Source of the DNA: Eledone cirrhosa
Lineage: Eukaryota
DNA length: 64,000 bases
Assembly (NCBI GenBank): GCA_964016885.1
Contig: OZ024740.1
Coordinates: 297,042,001-297,106,000 of the forward strand
Reading direction: 5' to 3'
The notes under the pieces are model-generated. The model did not search any database, was not told where the DNA came from, and saw nothing but the letters and a program-made list of their open reading frames with translations. Positions 1-14,709 of this stretch are shown piece by piece. The position numbers and the translations under genes are program-made. Each line of letters opens with the position of its first letter. The stretch's first letter is position 1.

Positions 1-924
1 CATTACTGGTGCTTTATTTTATCGACTCCGTAAGAATGAAAGGGAAAACTAACCTCGGCGGGACTTGAACTCAGAATGTAAGCGGTCGTAAATTATATGC
101 CGCGAAGCATGGTGCCCGACGCTCGACCTATACTACCAATCCACAATGATTTTTAATTTAGGTACAAGCCCAGCAATTCCGGGAGAAAGGGAAGTCGATC
201 AACCTCATTATTTGACTGCTACGTATCGCTAGAGATTCGGACGCCATGCTTTGCAGCATATAGTTACTGCCCTTTATGATCTGAGTTCAAATCCCGCCGA
301 GGTTAACTTTGCCTGTCATCCTTACAGGGTTGATAAAATAAAGTACCCGTCACGCACTGGGGTCGGTTTAATCGACTTCCCCCTCCCTCAAAATTGCTGG
401 CCTTGTGCCTATATAAGAAACCATTATTTGATTGCTACTGTATTTTATCGAGCCAGAAATAAATAATTGTTTCTACTTTTGGCACAAGGCCAGCAATTAC
501 CCCAGTGCATTACTGGTGCTTTATTGTATTGACTCTTTAAGGTTGAAAGGCAAAGTTAAACCTCGGCGGGATTTGAACTTAGAACATAAAGAGCCATAGC
601 TCTATGCTGCAAAGCATGGCGTCTGTCACTTTACCGATACTGCCAATCCACTATAAGCAAGGTATATTTATGTGTTGACGTGGATGGGTAGAAAAAATTG
701 GATACAACGAATGTTTCTACAATTAGGAAAACCAACCTTATTTTCGGTGTATTTCCCTCTCATATCGGAAGAAAAACGTTTCTGGAAAAAAAAAAAAAAA
801 AAATGATTAAGTGAAATTGAGTGAAAATAAATGAAATTAAAAATATTTAAATTGTCAATGTTATTAATTTATTTTGACAGACACAAATCATATATTCGCT
901 GAATTCAGGTAAGTCAATTATAAT

Positions 925-1102
925 TGTTTCTACTTTTGGCACAAGGCCAGCAATTACCCAGTACATTATTGGTACTTTATTTTATCGACCCCGTAAGGAT
1001 GAAAGGCAAAGTTAACCTCGACGGGATTTGAACTCAGATCGTAAAGGGACGTAACTATGCTGGAAAGCATGTCCGACCCTCTACCGATACTGCCAAATCC
1101 AC
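925..1102 (-). mobile_element. tRNA-derived SINE family 1, representative copy (more than 20 full or partial copies, e.g. 465-652, 13130-13330, 21484-21675, 35345-35533, 50952-51142, 54062-54291, 63097-63285)
   Basis: A box TGGCAGTATCGG, B box GAGTTCAAATCCC, conserved body GCCTTTCATCCTTACGGGGTCGATAAAATAAAGTACC, (ATT)n-type tail. 19-bp TSD caggtaagtcaattataat at 906-924 and 1103-1121. Confidence 0.9.
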
Positions 1103-3281
1103 CAGGTAAGTCAATTATAATGTTCGAAATATATTACTGGTATAGTGTTTACTGAAAATAAATTGACGTGTGGTGTTTCTTTCTGTTTAAAATGTCCCTA
1201 ACGTAAAGAATAAAAGGCCCTTAACTTTTGATAAAGTCATTGGGGTGCCCTCACGACATATCGCGTCTCTTGGTAATTTTAACCTTTTGGAGATCATCCC
1301 TTTTTAAGTCTGAATACAGCCGATTGCTTCCAGATAAAGATAGGGAGGGAGGAGAGAGAGGGCGTGTGTGATAAAGAGAGATAGAAGAGCCAACCCTACT
1401 CAGGGGTGGTGAAAGCATTTCTGAATTGGCGCGAGGGGGGGGGGGGTAATTTGGTTAATTTACTTGTAGTGATTAGTTTAGCTGTTATTATCAAATATCA
1501 ACCAAGATATAAAAAACTTCGATATGCGATAAACATAACGTGTACATAGATTGTAGCGCATATACAAATAGATGTGTGTTTTGGTAGTTGGGGGAGAAAA
1601 GTAGAATTAATAAATGGGGGTGGAGAATGACTTCTCCCTCGGCTCCTCCAGTTCCACCGCCCCTGCTACTATTGAACTGATTCTTTATTTATTGACCAGG
1701 ACCCAAGTTATCGAACTCCTCGTAGTGGGTGTTGGAAGCTGATCTCTGATCTCTAGTCTTTATCAGGCAAATGACAACAACCTGAGACAGCAATAGTCAA
1801 ACACGCAAGAAGAAAAAAAAGATGAACGGCAAAGTGGTCCTCGGCGGGATTTGAACTTAGAAGACAGGGAGCTAGAGAAAATACCATGAAGCATTCTATA
1901 CGATGTTCTTACGACCCTGTCAATTCAGCGCCTCTCTAAATACATTACTAGTACTTAATTTACTGAAATTAATTTAATAGACGTGTCCTACATATTTCTG
2001 CTTGAAATATCTATATCATAATCAGAAATATTTAATTCAGTACCAGTGTAGACCTGCCAACCCTTAAAAACCCAAATGTGGAGTACCAGGAAACAAGGTA
2101 CCCCAAAACAAGAGAAGACATCTCTCACCCACCCCAAAGTGGGTGGGAGATCTCCCTGTCCAACGGGGAGAGTTGACAGGTCTGCCAGTGACTATTTTAA
2201 CGTGCAGTTGATCTCTGCTTGCACAGTCCTAAATCTAATTTTGTACAGTTCTATATCTAATTTTGTGCAGTAAGTTTATATTTTGTGTCAAGTACTATAT
2301 CCGATTACATGGTAAATGATGGTTAAAATAATTATAACATTCATGAAATGTTTAAAATTGCCAGTATAATACATGCTTCTTAAACTCAGAGAATATCAAT
2401 CATTGGGTCGTGACGCCTGCTTCAAAGACTTGAGTAGATCTAAAATTTCTTTAAAAGAAATCCACGAAACTCTGTAAAGCTAATAAGTATTTATTTAGAA
2501 GCTAATAAGTATTTATTTCACTTGTACACCTCGCGCGCGTGTGTGTGTGTGTTTTAAAGAATGGTCTCTTATATAGGCTCAAGGCCACCAATTTTTGAGG
2601 AGGGGAAAGTCGATTAAATCGACCACGGTACGTGACTGGTACGTTAACCTCGGCGGGATTTGAACTCAGATCATAAAGGGCCGTAACTCTATGCTACAAA
2701 GCATGCCGTCCGACTCTACTGATACTGTCAATCCATCGCCCTCAGTTTAGTTTTTAAAGAATAAGATGTAGTTTAAGTGGAAGAGTTTGTGGAGTTTAAG
2801 ATAATGGCTACAGTGATGAAGTGATAATAGTTGCAGCTTTGAGACAGTGGTGAAAATAATGATGTAATGCTGAATGTCATAAGGCGGCAGATTAATAGAG
2901 TTGTTAGAACATCGGATAGAATCCTTGCGGGTACTCGTTCTGTGTTCGAATCCCACCGAGGTCCACTTTGCTTTTTATTCTTTCGAGATCGATGAATAAT
3001 GTACCAGTCTAGTACTGGGATCTTTTCCTCCTCTATACCTCTTTCTAACTCTCTTGCGACCTCACCAAGAGTGAAGAGTCCATGCATGCATGTTGCATAC
3101 CATGCTGAAAACACTGTAATTCAGCTAAAAATGAAGACAGCATTTGAGAGAATCTTTGATAACGTGCAATTAACTGGAAACCGATATGTTTTTCGATAAA
3201 TGCATATATCAAAGGTAAAATTTCAATTATTTAATAATAAAAAAATAAATGAATGGGAATAAATGCTATTTCTTTACTGAC

Positions 3282-3397
3282 CACTTTTCTTCCATTTCGG
3301 TCGTAATACATTCTCATGTAATCATCAAATACGTCATATAAACAGTCTGTGATGCTTTCAATTTTCGCCATTTCGATATTGTTGCTGCCATGGAATC
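3282..3397 (-). CDS. S-crystallin gene B, exon 3 (G-FHGSNNIEMAKIESITDCLYDVFDDYMRMYYDRNGRKV); gene continues beyond the left edge
   Basis: tttttttag acceptor, GTG|gtcagt donor, 116 nt exactly as in gene A exon 3, clear homology to it. Confidence 0.93.
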
Positions 3398-3431
3398 CTA
3401 AAAAAACAAAAATAACAAAAAAACAATATAG

Positions 3432-3500
<69 letters not shown>

Positions 3501-3693
3501 GAAGTAAAAATTAGAAAGAGAAGCCAGGACTATCCATCATCAGTGAACTACTAGCCATCATAGGTATTTCTTCGCATTAAAGATCATACGTATGATGGCT
3601 AGTAGTTCACTGATGATGGATAGTCCTAGCTTCTCTTTCTAATTTTTACTTCATATGTATCACATTCGTAACAACACAGCACGCCATTTTCAT

Positions 3694-3759
<66 letters not shown>

Positions 3760-4059
3760 AGTGGGTGTAACTAGGAGTTACTGCAGGTTCACCCGGGAAA
3801 CGATTGTAATATGTCCAATAAATTCCATTCGTCGCAACACTGATTCTCTTTTTTTCTGTGATATCATACTCTGCTCTATGAGAGCATCGAGTGCTCATAC
3901 GGCCTACCGCATACGGACGCTTTAAGCATCCAACACCAATTATATATATATATAAACGGAAAAAATGAAACGAAATTTCATTTCTCACTCTTAGTACGGC
4001 TGTTACTTAAATATAAGTATGTATACGTACATACATACATGTATACAGACGTACAGTAG

Positions 4060-4108
<49 letters not shown>

Positions 4109-4312
4109 GCACACATATATATATGTACGTATGGATTCACCGAACATTTATTATAATGCTCGGTGTGTTTGTAATCAAACATCCCGAATTAAGCCGTACA
4201 GTATCTAGCAACCATCGTTGCTCATTTGTTCAACACTGACAAAGGAACGCTGTACTAGTTGCATAAGGAAAGTATATACTTTCAGACGTTCAACCATCTG
4301 GCAGGAAGGTAT

Positions 4313-4355
4313 ACGTTGCTGACGATAGCTAATAAGCTTGAAACTAGTACAGCGT
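4313..4355 (+). ncRNA. Minimal type-I hammerhead ribozyme (family H1)
   Basis: acgttg-CTGACGA-t.agct aata agct.t-GAAA-ctag-TA-cagcgt: stem I, intact core, stem II, palindromic stem III, GUA cleavage site. Confidence 0.8.
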
Positions 4356-4498
4356 TCCTTTGTCAGTGTTGAACAAATGAGCAACGATGGTTGCTAGACA
4401 CTGTACGGCTTAATTCGGGATGTTTGTTTACAAACACACCGAGCATTATAATAAATGTTCGGTGAATCCATACGTACACATATATATATGTGTGCATG

Positions 4499-4835
<337 letters not shown>

Positions 4836-4951
4836 CAAAGGAAATGTGGTAAGGAACCAGATGGACCTTAACGCACCAGAGTACTCAATACTTAGGGTAG
4901 TAGAGTGGGAATTAGGAAAAAGTATGACCCTGCCGCGGGGTCATACTTTTT

Positions 4952-4990
<39 letters not shown>

Positions 4991-5451
4991 CCAAACAGAT
5001 TACTTAAACTGAAATGAAATTACTGAAGACATATTTATTTTTCTTTTGGTCACGTAACTCCTGGTGAAGTTGTAGAGGCATGCAACGTTTCTCAAGTATT
5101 TTAAGCCTGGTGGAGTCCATCCGGGCTTGAGATTTCTATCAGCAGATCTCTTTCAGAGATGGATAGAAAGTGAGAGAGAGAGGAAGTTAGAAAAAGGTAT
5201 AGAGGAAGAATCGATCCCAGTACTAGGCTGGTACATTTTTTCATCGACTTCGAAAGGATGAAAAACAAAGTTGACCTTGGTCGGATTTGAACCCAAAGGG
5301 CAGAGAACCGGAACGAATACTCCAAAGCACACTATCCGACTTTCTAACAACACTACCAATTCACCGCAATGGAGACATATTTACCCTCTTTTAAACTCTT
5401 AAATTCACATCTAGACGTGAACTCAAGACTGTAACTATAGGGAGCACTCAT

Positions 5452-5555
<104 letters not shown>

Positions 5556-5599
5556 TTTTACGAACAGCTACTCAAGCGAAGTAAATCGCCAGTTGGAAC

Positions 5600-5830
5600 G
5601 TTTACGGTTTTCTTAAAGCAACATAAGTTAGTGCCGGTCGCTCTCCGACAGGTTTGCGGTCGTGCTCTTGACCCTGGGACTACCTCCCTACTCACTACCA
5701 TAGGAGCTGAGTTGGCAAGCCGCAGGTGTGAACCTCGCGAGATGGAATGGCTCTTCCAGCGCACCTCCCTTACCAGCCTCCAGGGAAACGCCTTCTCCAT
5801 TCTGTCAGCCCGGGCTGTGGGGCGGCCAGC
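5600..5830 (+). mobile_element. 3' fragment of a CRE-type (RLE) non-LTR retrotransposon
   Basis: EPREMEWLFQRTSLTSLQGNA matches the C-terminal QRxSxxxxxGNA motif also seen at ~26140-26190. Confidence 0.6.
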
Positions 5831-6398
5831 ACGTGGAACCCCATTGCTCATAATAGAGAGAGATGGGGAGGGTGAGGCAGATGGAGGCGATAACAGTGGG
5901 AGTTCGGCTCTTCCTATCATGTGAATATATAAACGTGTCCTTCACCATGTATACTGACCATCAACATCTCCTACTATCAGTGTAAAGGTGTGAGGATTAG
6001 TGGTTTAAGTGTTCAGCTAACGATCGTAAGTTCGATTCTCGGCTGTAAGTTATTTTCTTGAGCAATACACTTTATTTCACTTTACTCCAGTGCACTCAGC
6101 TGGCAACAATGAATTGTACCTCTAATTCAAAGGACCAGTCTTGTTACACATTGTGTAACTCTGATAAGTGTATAGTTACTTGCGGAATGCTTAGTCACCT
6201 GCATGCTAATTTCACAAGTAGATTGTTTCCTCGATCGTATCAACGGAAACCCTCGTCGCCGTAACCGATGGAGGTTCAACACACAAACACTCAGTAATGT
6301 AAGGGAAATGGGAAGATTGTAGAATAACCAAGAACTGAAAGGAAGGCACTGGCTTAACTGGATCAGCATCTCTTGTTTTTTTCGAGAGCAACCCACAC

Positions 6399-6464
<66 letters not shown>

Positions 6465-6497
6465 ATTAAAAAAAGGGAGAGAGAGAGAGAGACTTAC

Positions 6498-6593
6498 CGA
6501 ATTCGTTTGCCAAATATCTTGAAATTGTCATACTTTGTGGTATGTAAACTTCATCTTTTATTTCCAGAATAGGCAACATGCAGCATGGCATTC
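6498..6593 (-). CDS. S-crystallin gene B, exon 2 ([33 protein letters not shown])
   Basis: atttcag acceptor, G|gtaagt donor, 96 nt, phase compatible with exon 1 across a ~16 kb intron. Confidence 0.93.
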
Positions 6594-6706
6594 CTGAAAT
6601 ATTTAAATATTGATTTCTTATACAAACACAATACCTTAACTTTTCATAGAGTAAAGTCGAGTATATCATCCCGAGTATTTGATCGGTATGTTTACACACA
6701 CACACA

Positions 6707-6836
<130 letters not shown>

Positions 6837-7249
6837 TATATATATACACACACATACACACACATTTATATGGCTAGGTCGCCCAGTTGTTTTAGAACAT
6901 TCTTTGTTTTCGCTTGATTCTACGAATTTCCTCTTTGAATAAGGGAGGAACTCTGTTCTCTCCCCCTCCCCTCCTGAAAAATGTAGATATTGCAGCTTCA
7001 ACACACGTCTGCGTCTGATGAGCAACGGCTCTCCTAGTCACGTGTGCACCAGATATTGGTAGGGATGGATCTATAAGCTTTGCATGCCGGGAATGACGCC
7101 TTCAGCTTCCAGTAACTGGGTTCCTACCTATGAAGTCAATTTAGGATGGCTGTACTAATCACAAATGTGTGTTCTGTGTAATCAACCACTTTAAATTCTG
7201 TAAAACCCATGCTATTTTTATCCATTGAACTACAGAATATCTTATTGTT

Positions 7250-7720
7250 GTTACAATGCGATTTAACTGTATCTACATTGGAACATACGAGAAATCACGT
7301 TGGTACTTGTCAGACATTTGTAAATGTCTTAGTAGGTCTGTTTTAGTATCATTCTCTCTTATCTACTAACCCCACACAGTTCTTGCGTGCATCCGAGATA
7401 CTGTTTCAATTCCCAACTAACACTAAAGAACGAGATATTCCAAGAGAGGTCTTTGTTGGGATGTAGACTGCTACTAGTTTGAAGGCAAGGTCTTTGTTAC
7501 CGGTCAGGTCCAGTATCACCGACCTACTCTGGATCGAAAATGATCGTTCGTATGATGACATTCAGACCTTTCTGAAACAACACATTGACTCCGCCACCTG
7601 ATCCTTGACGTCATGGAAATGCGTACACCCCGTATCCCTTGAAGAAGAACGCGAAGGCTTGTGCCTGTGAAATTGTGACCTCACTAACGACCACCACATC
7701 TGAATCTGGTGATCAGATGT
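7250..7720 (-). mobile_element. Decayed Tx1-type endonuclease fragment
   Basis: Minus-strand translation GSGGGVNVLFQKGL..IIFDPE resembles GGGGVVVLLRKYLG..VHLDPK of the element at 42.9 kb. Confidence 0.5.
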
Positions 7721-7959
7721 CATTGAGGAGGTGGCCTTGCTTTCCAGGCAATCGCAGGTCACGTCTGTATATTCTAAATATGACCGTTTTGGATAAAGAG
7801 GATGGAAATGAGAAGTACCACTTACATTATTCTTATCGAAAATCAGCTGAACCGCCCTTACTGCTAATTGTGTGTGCCACGAGCAAGTCACTGTATATTC
7901 TTTTGATGATCTCAGTTATTATATGATTGATATTAGTAACTCAATTTAATCGATCATGA

Positions 7960-8410
7960 CACGAAATAGATATTATGATAGTGTTAATGATAAATACTGT
8001 ATTACCATTTCAGTTAACACAAATACAATGAAATCGGTGTTTATTTTGGAATAATCATCAAGTAGATTTTAGGCAAAACATCTCTATTCCAAGCGTACTT
8101 GAGTTTAATAATCTACTTTATATTAATTCTTACAAAAAGAAAATCTGAAAATGTTGCTAATATTCTTTAGTATCAATAGCATTTTTGTCAACATTGATAT
8201 AGTTGCTGGTTCACACAACCAACGATTTATTCAATCTTTTCTAATACTTCCCCAGGATATAAGATTGTTCAAGAGCCTCTAAATTCAATATATCTTCCAG
8301 TGATCATGGGCACAATTCATAATTTAATGATAACACTTCTCAAAAATGGAAAATAATTTAATTTGAGCGGTGTAATAACAATAAGATTTAATTTGCGAGA
8401 CGTTTAAGAC
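7960..8410 (+). pseudogene. Decayed Polinton/adintovirus minor capsid (penton) gene fragment
   Basis: Manual translation across frameshifts gives ISVNTNTMKSV...VDF...ENVANI.SINSIFVNIDIVAGS...PGYKIVQEPLNSIYLPV...ITIRFNLR, matching the penton C-terminal pattern of Polinton/adintovirus elements as I recall it. Confidence 0.75.
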
Positions 8411-8529
8411 AATATTGTTATATAAAACGAGTCATTACACAAATGTTAAAGTTAATATTTCAGAGTCACAGAAAGAGGAGATTAAAATAGTCATTTAACC
8501 TCAATCGCCTGTTATTATTCGTTTGAAAC

Positions 8530-10060
8530 ATGAAGATATTCTCCTTTATAAACAAATTAGATAAATCCTATCAAACAAGCAAAGGCGATAAGATTAAGAA
8601 GAATAAAGTCCAGATATCCTATAATATGAAAGTAAAATGTGGTTTCATAAGTAAGCTGGCTAGTCATGCAGTAAGTGCCTTTCCAATATGGGCAAAAAGA
8701 GAGTTATCAGAGCTTGGAGTTGGAGCATTATCTGGTCTTGCGAATACAAGAATGTAAACAGAAATGGGAAATGGATTTTATCTAAAAAGCGTTGGATGTG
8801 TTTGCCAACTTGATACCGATGGGAAAGGTCTATATCTGGAATCAGTTTCTGGTTCAGGTTTAGAACAATTGGGTTCTAAACCTGAACCAGAAAGTTGGGG
8901 GGGGGGGGGGTTATATGACGTAAAAGGCCTTGAGGAGAACAATTCATTTTGAAATATTCCAATCTTAGGTTTGCAATTTTAATATGTATGCTTTAGTAGC
9001 ACATATATTAAAAACAATCTTACACCCCCCTTTCGCCCCCAAATGGTACACAGAATGTGGAAGAGATACAGTAGCAACTGGTATTCTAAAACAACCACAA
9101 TCCATACTTTGGATACCAAATTTGGGTGTAAATTATCCTCCACAGAAGATTACCTCAACGAGTTGGAAAGTTTTTGCTCTGCAAAATATAACAATACCAG
9201 CAAAAACAATAAAGAATGTTTGGTTGGGTTCGGTTTGAGAATGTCAGACGATATGGCACTGGTTTCACTAGTACAAGAGCTAAAGCTTCACAGGTGTACC
9301 ATACAAAACCAAACCATTTTTGAAGATGTGAGTGATATCACGAAACAGTTCAGAAACTGATGTTAAAATAAATAAGAGTAAAGTAATGTTTCGTTCACTA
9401 ACTAATCCGATTTAAAATTATCTTCTTTTTATTAAAAAATGGAATACAAAGAAGAATAGGGTCTATACCCAACAATTCCTTCAAGCCCGCAAAATGGAGG
9501 CTGCAATTATCGTTTGCAGAAGATAAACGAAATCTAAAGATTTCTCGAAAAAGAGAGAGATAAGAGATTGACTCTAAGAAAGAAGAACCATCATACTGCA
9601 AAAATAACTAATAATGTTGTTGCAACACCTTTAACTGCTACTATTGGCCTTGATGTAACAGATGTTGGTCTTTTGGCAACAACTGATGCTGCTCTAGCAG
9701 TGGGGTGAAGCAAATAGCGTCTTCTACTATTGATGTTGGGAAATCTATGGCTAAAGAAGGGACAAAGAAAGCACTTGAGTACAGCAATCGATGTTGGAAA
9801 GAAACTTGTAGAAAGGTGTGTGACAACATTCTGTAATCCCAAATCACAAGTAATTCTGCTCAAGCATACTAGATTATCAATGTAAAAGTCTTCACCCGAT
9901 GAAAACTCCCAGAGAATCAACAGTATTATGAGTAAATATATAAACTCTGGAGCTAAATATGTTAATGCGCGAATGAATGGCTCAAGAATATAAAAGACAA
10001 TTGCTATACAAGATCTCGTTAAACAATTTAATGGTACTGGGCTCAAGGAAATATAATTTC
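8530..10060 (+). pseudogene. Decayed small Polinton/adintovirus ORFs (putative core proteins)
   Basis: Basic and Gly-rich peptides GVGALSGLA, GNGFYLK, GKGLYL, GSGL and AIQDLVKQFNGTGL lie between the penton and major capsid remnants on the same strand. Function is inferred only. Confidence 0.5.
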
Positions 10061-10527
10061 GTGAAAATGACTTAAAGAAATGAAGAAATCTAATAAAATG
10101 ATATAGTTCAATAGAATAGATTACCCTAAATACCAGTCTGTGTTTATCATCACTAAGAACGTGATGATAAAGCTTGGTGGTGATGCATGCGATGCAGAAA
10201 AATAAGTATGACACAGATTCAGTGCTTATTACATTGAAAAATGCAAAGAGGATGCAGGAAGAGGGAAATGATTACTGTAAAAAGAGAAATGTTTGGACAG
10301 AGGTTAAACTTGTGTATGGTAAACAAATTTCTCAAAACTAAAGTAAAGTTCCAAGCTGAAAGAAATGGGAGAGGATACTTCATTTCTCTGTGTTAAGCGT
10401 AAGAGTATATTTATTAAGGGCGAGGAGTAATATCCACAACTTTACTTGGAGTGTTGAAATTTATTCGGAAAAAAAAAAAAAATCACAAATGTGTTAAAAA
10501 TATTTTCCTACGTAAGATAAAAAAGTA

Positions 10528-11395
10528 ATGGATACTCTGAATGTTACAGAGATTCCCATGAAATATGAGAGTATTGAAGAGTATGAACATCATGAATACA
10601 AACCAATTATTGGTACAAACCTAAATAATTCTGGCGAGATCTGGATTAATATTGAACTATAAGATTGAGAGTTACTTAGTTATTGAAGGGCGTCTAATCA
10701 AGGCATATAGTACAGCGTATACAAAGACTGATAATGTTATCTTGTCAAGAAATTTTTCATCGAAACCAGGGAACGACGATGCTTGGGCTACTAAAATATC
10801 CAGATGAGTGTTGGAAAGCGCAAAGTCTAAATCAGTTGTGGTATAAAGATACAGGCGCAGCTGCGAGCACAGTAAACAACTCTGATTTTGTTGTAAGACA
10901 AAGTTATCTTATTCAAGCTTTTCGTCAAAAGGGGCCGTTTAATTTTAGGGTCTCACTTAAGCACTCTTTTGGCTTCTGTGGGGATTATAATGATTTCAGC
11001 TACAGGCACAAGACCAGCAAGTTTGGGGGAGGGGTAAGTTGATTAAATCGACCCAAGTGCATTACTGATACTTTATTTTATCGACCTCGTAAGGATGAAA
11101 GGCAAAGCTGACTTCGGCGGAATTTGAACTCAGATCATAAAGAGCCGTAACTCTATGCTGCAAATCATGGTTTCCGACGCTCTACCGATACTACTAATCC
11201 ACCACCCTTGTGGGGATTATAATAAGACTGTTTATAGGATAAAACATACACTAGCACTAGTCAGAAAGCCAGACAGTAATGCTATTTTTAGGGCTGACAT
11301 GGCTGGTGTCGGAAGATTATTCTTGAAAAGGTTTCATGGTTTATGCCGCATGTTCTTTCAGCAGATGCAGAAAAGTTTTATTTGTACAAATAGTA
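10528..11395 (+). pseudogene. Decayed Polinton/adintovirus major capsid protein (double jelly-roll), interrupted by a SINE
   Basis: MDTLNVTEIPMKYESIEEYEHHEYKPIIGTNLNNSGEIWINIE*...SYLVIEGRL...TTMLGLLKYPD...LNQLWYKDT...FRVSLKHSFGFCGDYN|KTVYRIKHTLALVRK...SWFMPHV, with stops and deletions. Confidence 0.85.
10992..11208 (-). mobile_element. tRNA-derived SINE (family 1) inserted in the capsid pseudogene
   Basis: 15-bp target-site duplication tgtggggattataat at 10977-10991 and 11209-11223. B box GAGTTCAAATTCC. Confidence 0.9.
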
Positions 11396-11556
11396 TCTCA
11401 CTGTCTTATCCGAGGAGTGTGATGCTATTTCTTTTCCTCATCCTCCGAATTTCCCCTGGAGACTGAGCGTCATGTTATCACCGGAAAAAAACAACATATT
11501 ATAATCGGCTTTATTTGAGAATCTTACATACACTGCGCCAAATCTTCTCCCTTGCG

Positions 11557-11638
<82 letters not shown>

Positions 11639-12073
11639 GAATAGAATGAAACGAAATTTCATTTCTCACTCTTAGTACGGCACTTACTTAAATGTAAGTA
11701 TGTATGTATACGTACATACATATATGTATACAGACGTACAGTAGTATGTATATATATACATACATGCACACATATATATATGCACGTATCGGCTTACCGA
11801 ACATTCGGGCTGTTTGTTTGTTTACAAACAAACCGAGCATTATAATAAATGTTCGGTAAACTGATACGTGCATATATATATATGTGTGCGTGTATGTATA
11901 TATATACATACTACTGTACGTCTGTAAACATATATGTATGTACGTATACATACATACATACTTACACACACACACACATATATATATATATGCAATGAAA
12001 TATCTATGATCTTCGGCAAATCACTGATGAGGGACTTATTTTATTACATGTTATCCATGTGCTACCTGCAGTA

Positions 12074-12131
<58 letters not shown>

Positions 12132-12491
12132 CTGTGTATATATATATGTGTGTGTATATATATATATATCATCATCATCATCATCACCGTTTTACATCCG
12201 TTCTTCCACGCTAGCATGGGTTAGACGGGTTGTCCTGTTGTGGGTAGTGTCTGGTCGGCTGACCATGCCTTGCTCATACAGGAACTGATTTGGCTTGATT
12301 TCTACAGCTGGATGCCCTTCCTAACACCAACCTCATTTACAGTGAGTGCTGGGTGCTTTTTCGTGGCGCCTACACGTCCACTTTACAGTGTGGGCTGGGT
12401 GCTTTTTTGCCGTGGCACCTCCACGACCACCTTGCGGTGGGGGGTGTGGGGGCATATTGTTTATATGCTTCAGCATGTACCCATATATATA

Positions 12492-12588
<97 letters not shown>

Positions 12589-13758
12589 ATTGATGTCCAA
12601 GATTGACCTAAAGCGTCTCTCGATTTAGTCCCCTTATGCCCGTCCTAGCTTCCCGAACGCGGTACCAATGCAGCTATTCATAGTTGGTAGTAGAGTCCTG
12701 GAGAACTTACTCTGACACAGCCAAGGATGTGGTTTGTTCTGATAAAATTTATTGGGTTATTTACACGGTGCCTGTTACTTTCATAGTTTTGGTAAGAAAT
12801 GATCCTGGAGTGTGATCTTTGTTGTTTGTCGTCCCGGTCTATGAAGTTTCAGTGGTGACGGTGGTGGCAGTGTCACAGTGTCGGTGGTTGTGCAGTTTGT
12901 GGAGGTGACGGTGATGGTAGTGGTGCTTTAGCTTTTGTTTTTTATAATTGTAGTTTTTCTTAGGGTTGTTAGTGCAGTTTTTTAATTCATGTATTGTTCT
13001 GGCTGCTTGCTAAGTTCAAACTACAGTTTTTATTGCTGCCGCTAATTACATTTTTCAAAGGTGGAAGTGGGTATACAGAATTAATTGTCAGCGAGAAATA
13101 CGTCTTGGTTGTTCTTTTTATCGAGCAAATAATTGTTTCTACTTTTTGGCACAAGGCCAGCAATTCACCAGTACATTACTGGTACATTACTGGTACTTTA
13201 TTTTAACGACCCCCGTAAGGATGAAAGGCAAAGTTAACCTTGGCGGGATTTGAACTCAGACCATAAAGGGCCGTAACTCTTTGCTGCAAAGCATGGCATC
13301 CGAACCTCTACCGATACTGCCAATCCACCGAGCAAATAATATTAGCTGCCCCTCGGTTGTTTTACGAAAAAATAAGTTCGTGTTTATATTTAAAATATAG
13401 ATTTTCTCCCGTAAGAGCTGAATGTTGACAGGGTCGGATTTATCGGGGAAGTGGGGAAAAGGTCCTGGGCCCCTCTCATCAAAAAGAACTCTCTCTCTCT
13501 CTCTCTCTCCAAACAGCGCCCGTCCTTCCTTCTCTTGTTCTCTCTCTCTCTTCCTACTTTTCCTCCTTCTTATGTATACACACACACACACACACATATA
13601 TATATGTATGTATATATATATATATAGTGTATATGAGTCAGTGAATTATTGGTGGTGGTACCAAAATGAGCACTCGATGCACAGGCAGACTCTATATATT
13701 AAGAAAAACGTTGAGGTTGCATTTACTTGTAGTTAATTTTTTTATATTGTTGTTGAAT

Positions 13759-13852
13759 CGTCAGTCTGAAGAACAGATTGATAATAGAATTGGGTCCATA
13801 ACTTCTATGGGTAACCCTGAGCCAACCCTCTGGGAAATGCGCGTAACAGATG
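13759..13852 (+). ncRNA. Hammerhead ribozyme with long stem II (family H2)
   Basis: cgtcagt-CTGAAGA-acaga...tctgg-GAAA-tgcgcg-TA-acagatg, with one mismatch in stem I. A truncated relative lies at ~25145-25203. Confidence 0.6.
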
Positions 13853-14066
13853 GACATATAATAAAAAAAACTAACTACATGTAAACGAAACTTCATCGTT
13901 TTTCTTACTATATATATTAATGTATATATGTTGACAATGTACTTTCTACTTTATTGATTTGAATAACTCAAATTTGCAAATTAAGAATCGTTAACTTCTA
14001 CTATAATGCATATACTCTACGTCATGTATTGAGTTCTTTTATCTTCGTTTGAGAATTCAAACCAAT

Positions 14067-14118
<52 letters not shown>

Positions 14119-14639
14119 ATATATATATATATATATGTAACACCACCTCACCCATACCACACACAAAAATCAGTCACATCTACATGACAAACTGTCTACC
14201 GACAACCAGCACCCCCACACCAGCACCCACTTCACCTCTACGACCGGCACCACCAACTTATCACCACCCCACCCACCTCCACATACACTACAGGCAAAAA
14301 CATCCCTATGAATTAATCCACCAATCTAAACAAACTTCACTGACCACTATAGGAACATTAGACTTTATCATACGGCATGTATATTCATTTTTCCATTACC
14401 ATTACAAGGATTACAGAGTCGCGGTCAGGTCAGATAGATACAGATCGAACCTTCAACTGATCAGTGGCGAAACGCGCGTCACCAACCAATAAAGGTAATG
14501 AAAGAGTAATCAATCGTCCTTGTTATTTTATTTCACTATAATACATTCTGTCTAGCTCTACACCTCGACACCGAAGTGAATTTAAACATCGAGTGCTCGC
14601 CTGGGTGAACCTACAGTAACTCCCTATATATATATATAC

Positions 14640-14709
<70 letters not shown>

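Noticed and set aside
906-924. caggtaagt splice-donor-like motif, duplicated at 1103
   Set aside because: It is on the strand opposite the genes, and the duplication is a SINE target-site duplication.
3608-3640. CTGATGA motif in the 3497-3656 hairpin as a hammerhead
   Set aside because: No downstream GAAA or closing stem, so not called a ribozyme. The same applies to CTGAGGA at ~14966.
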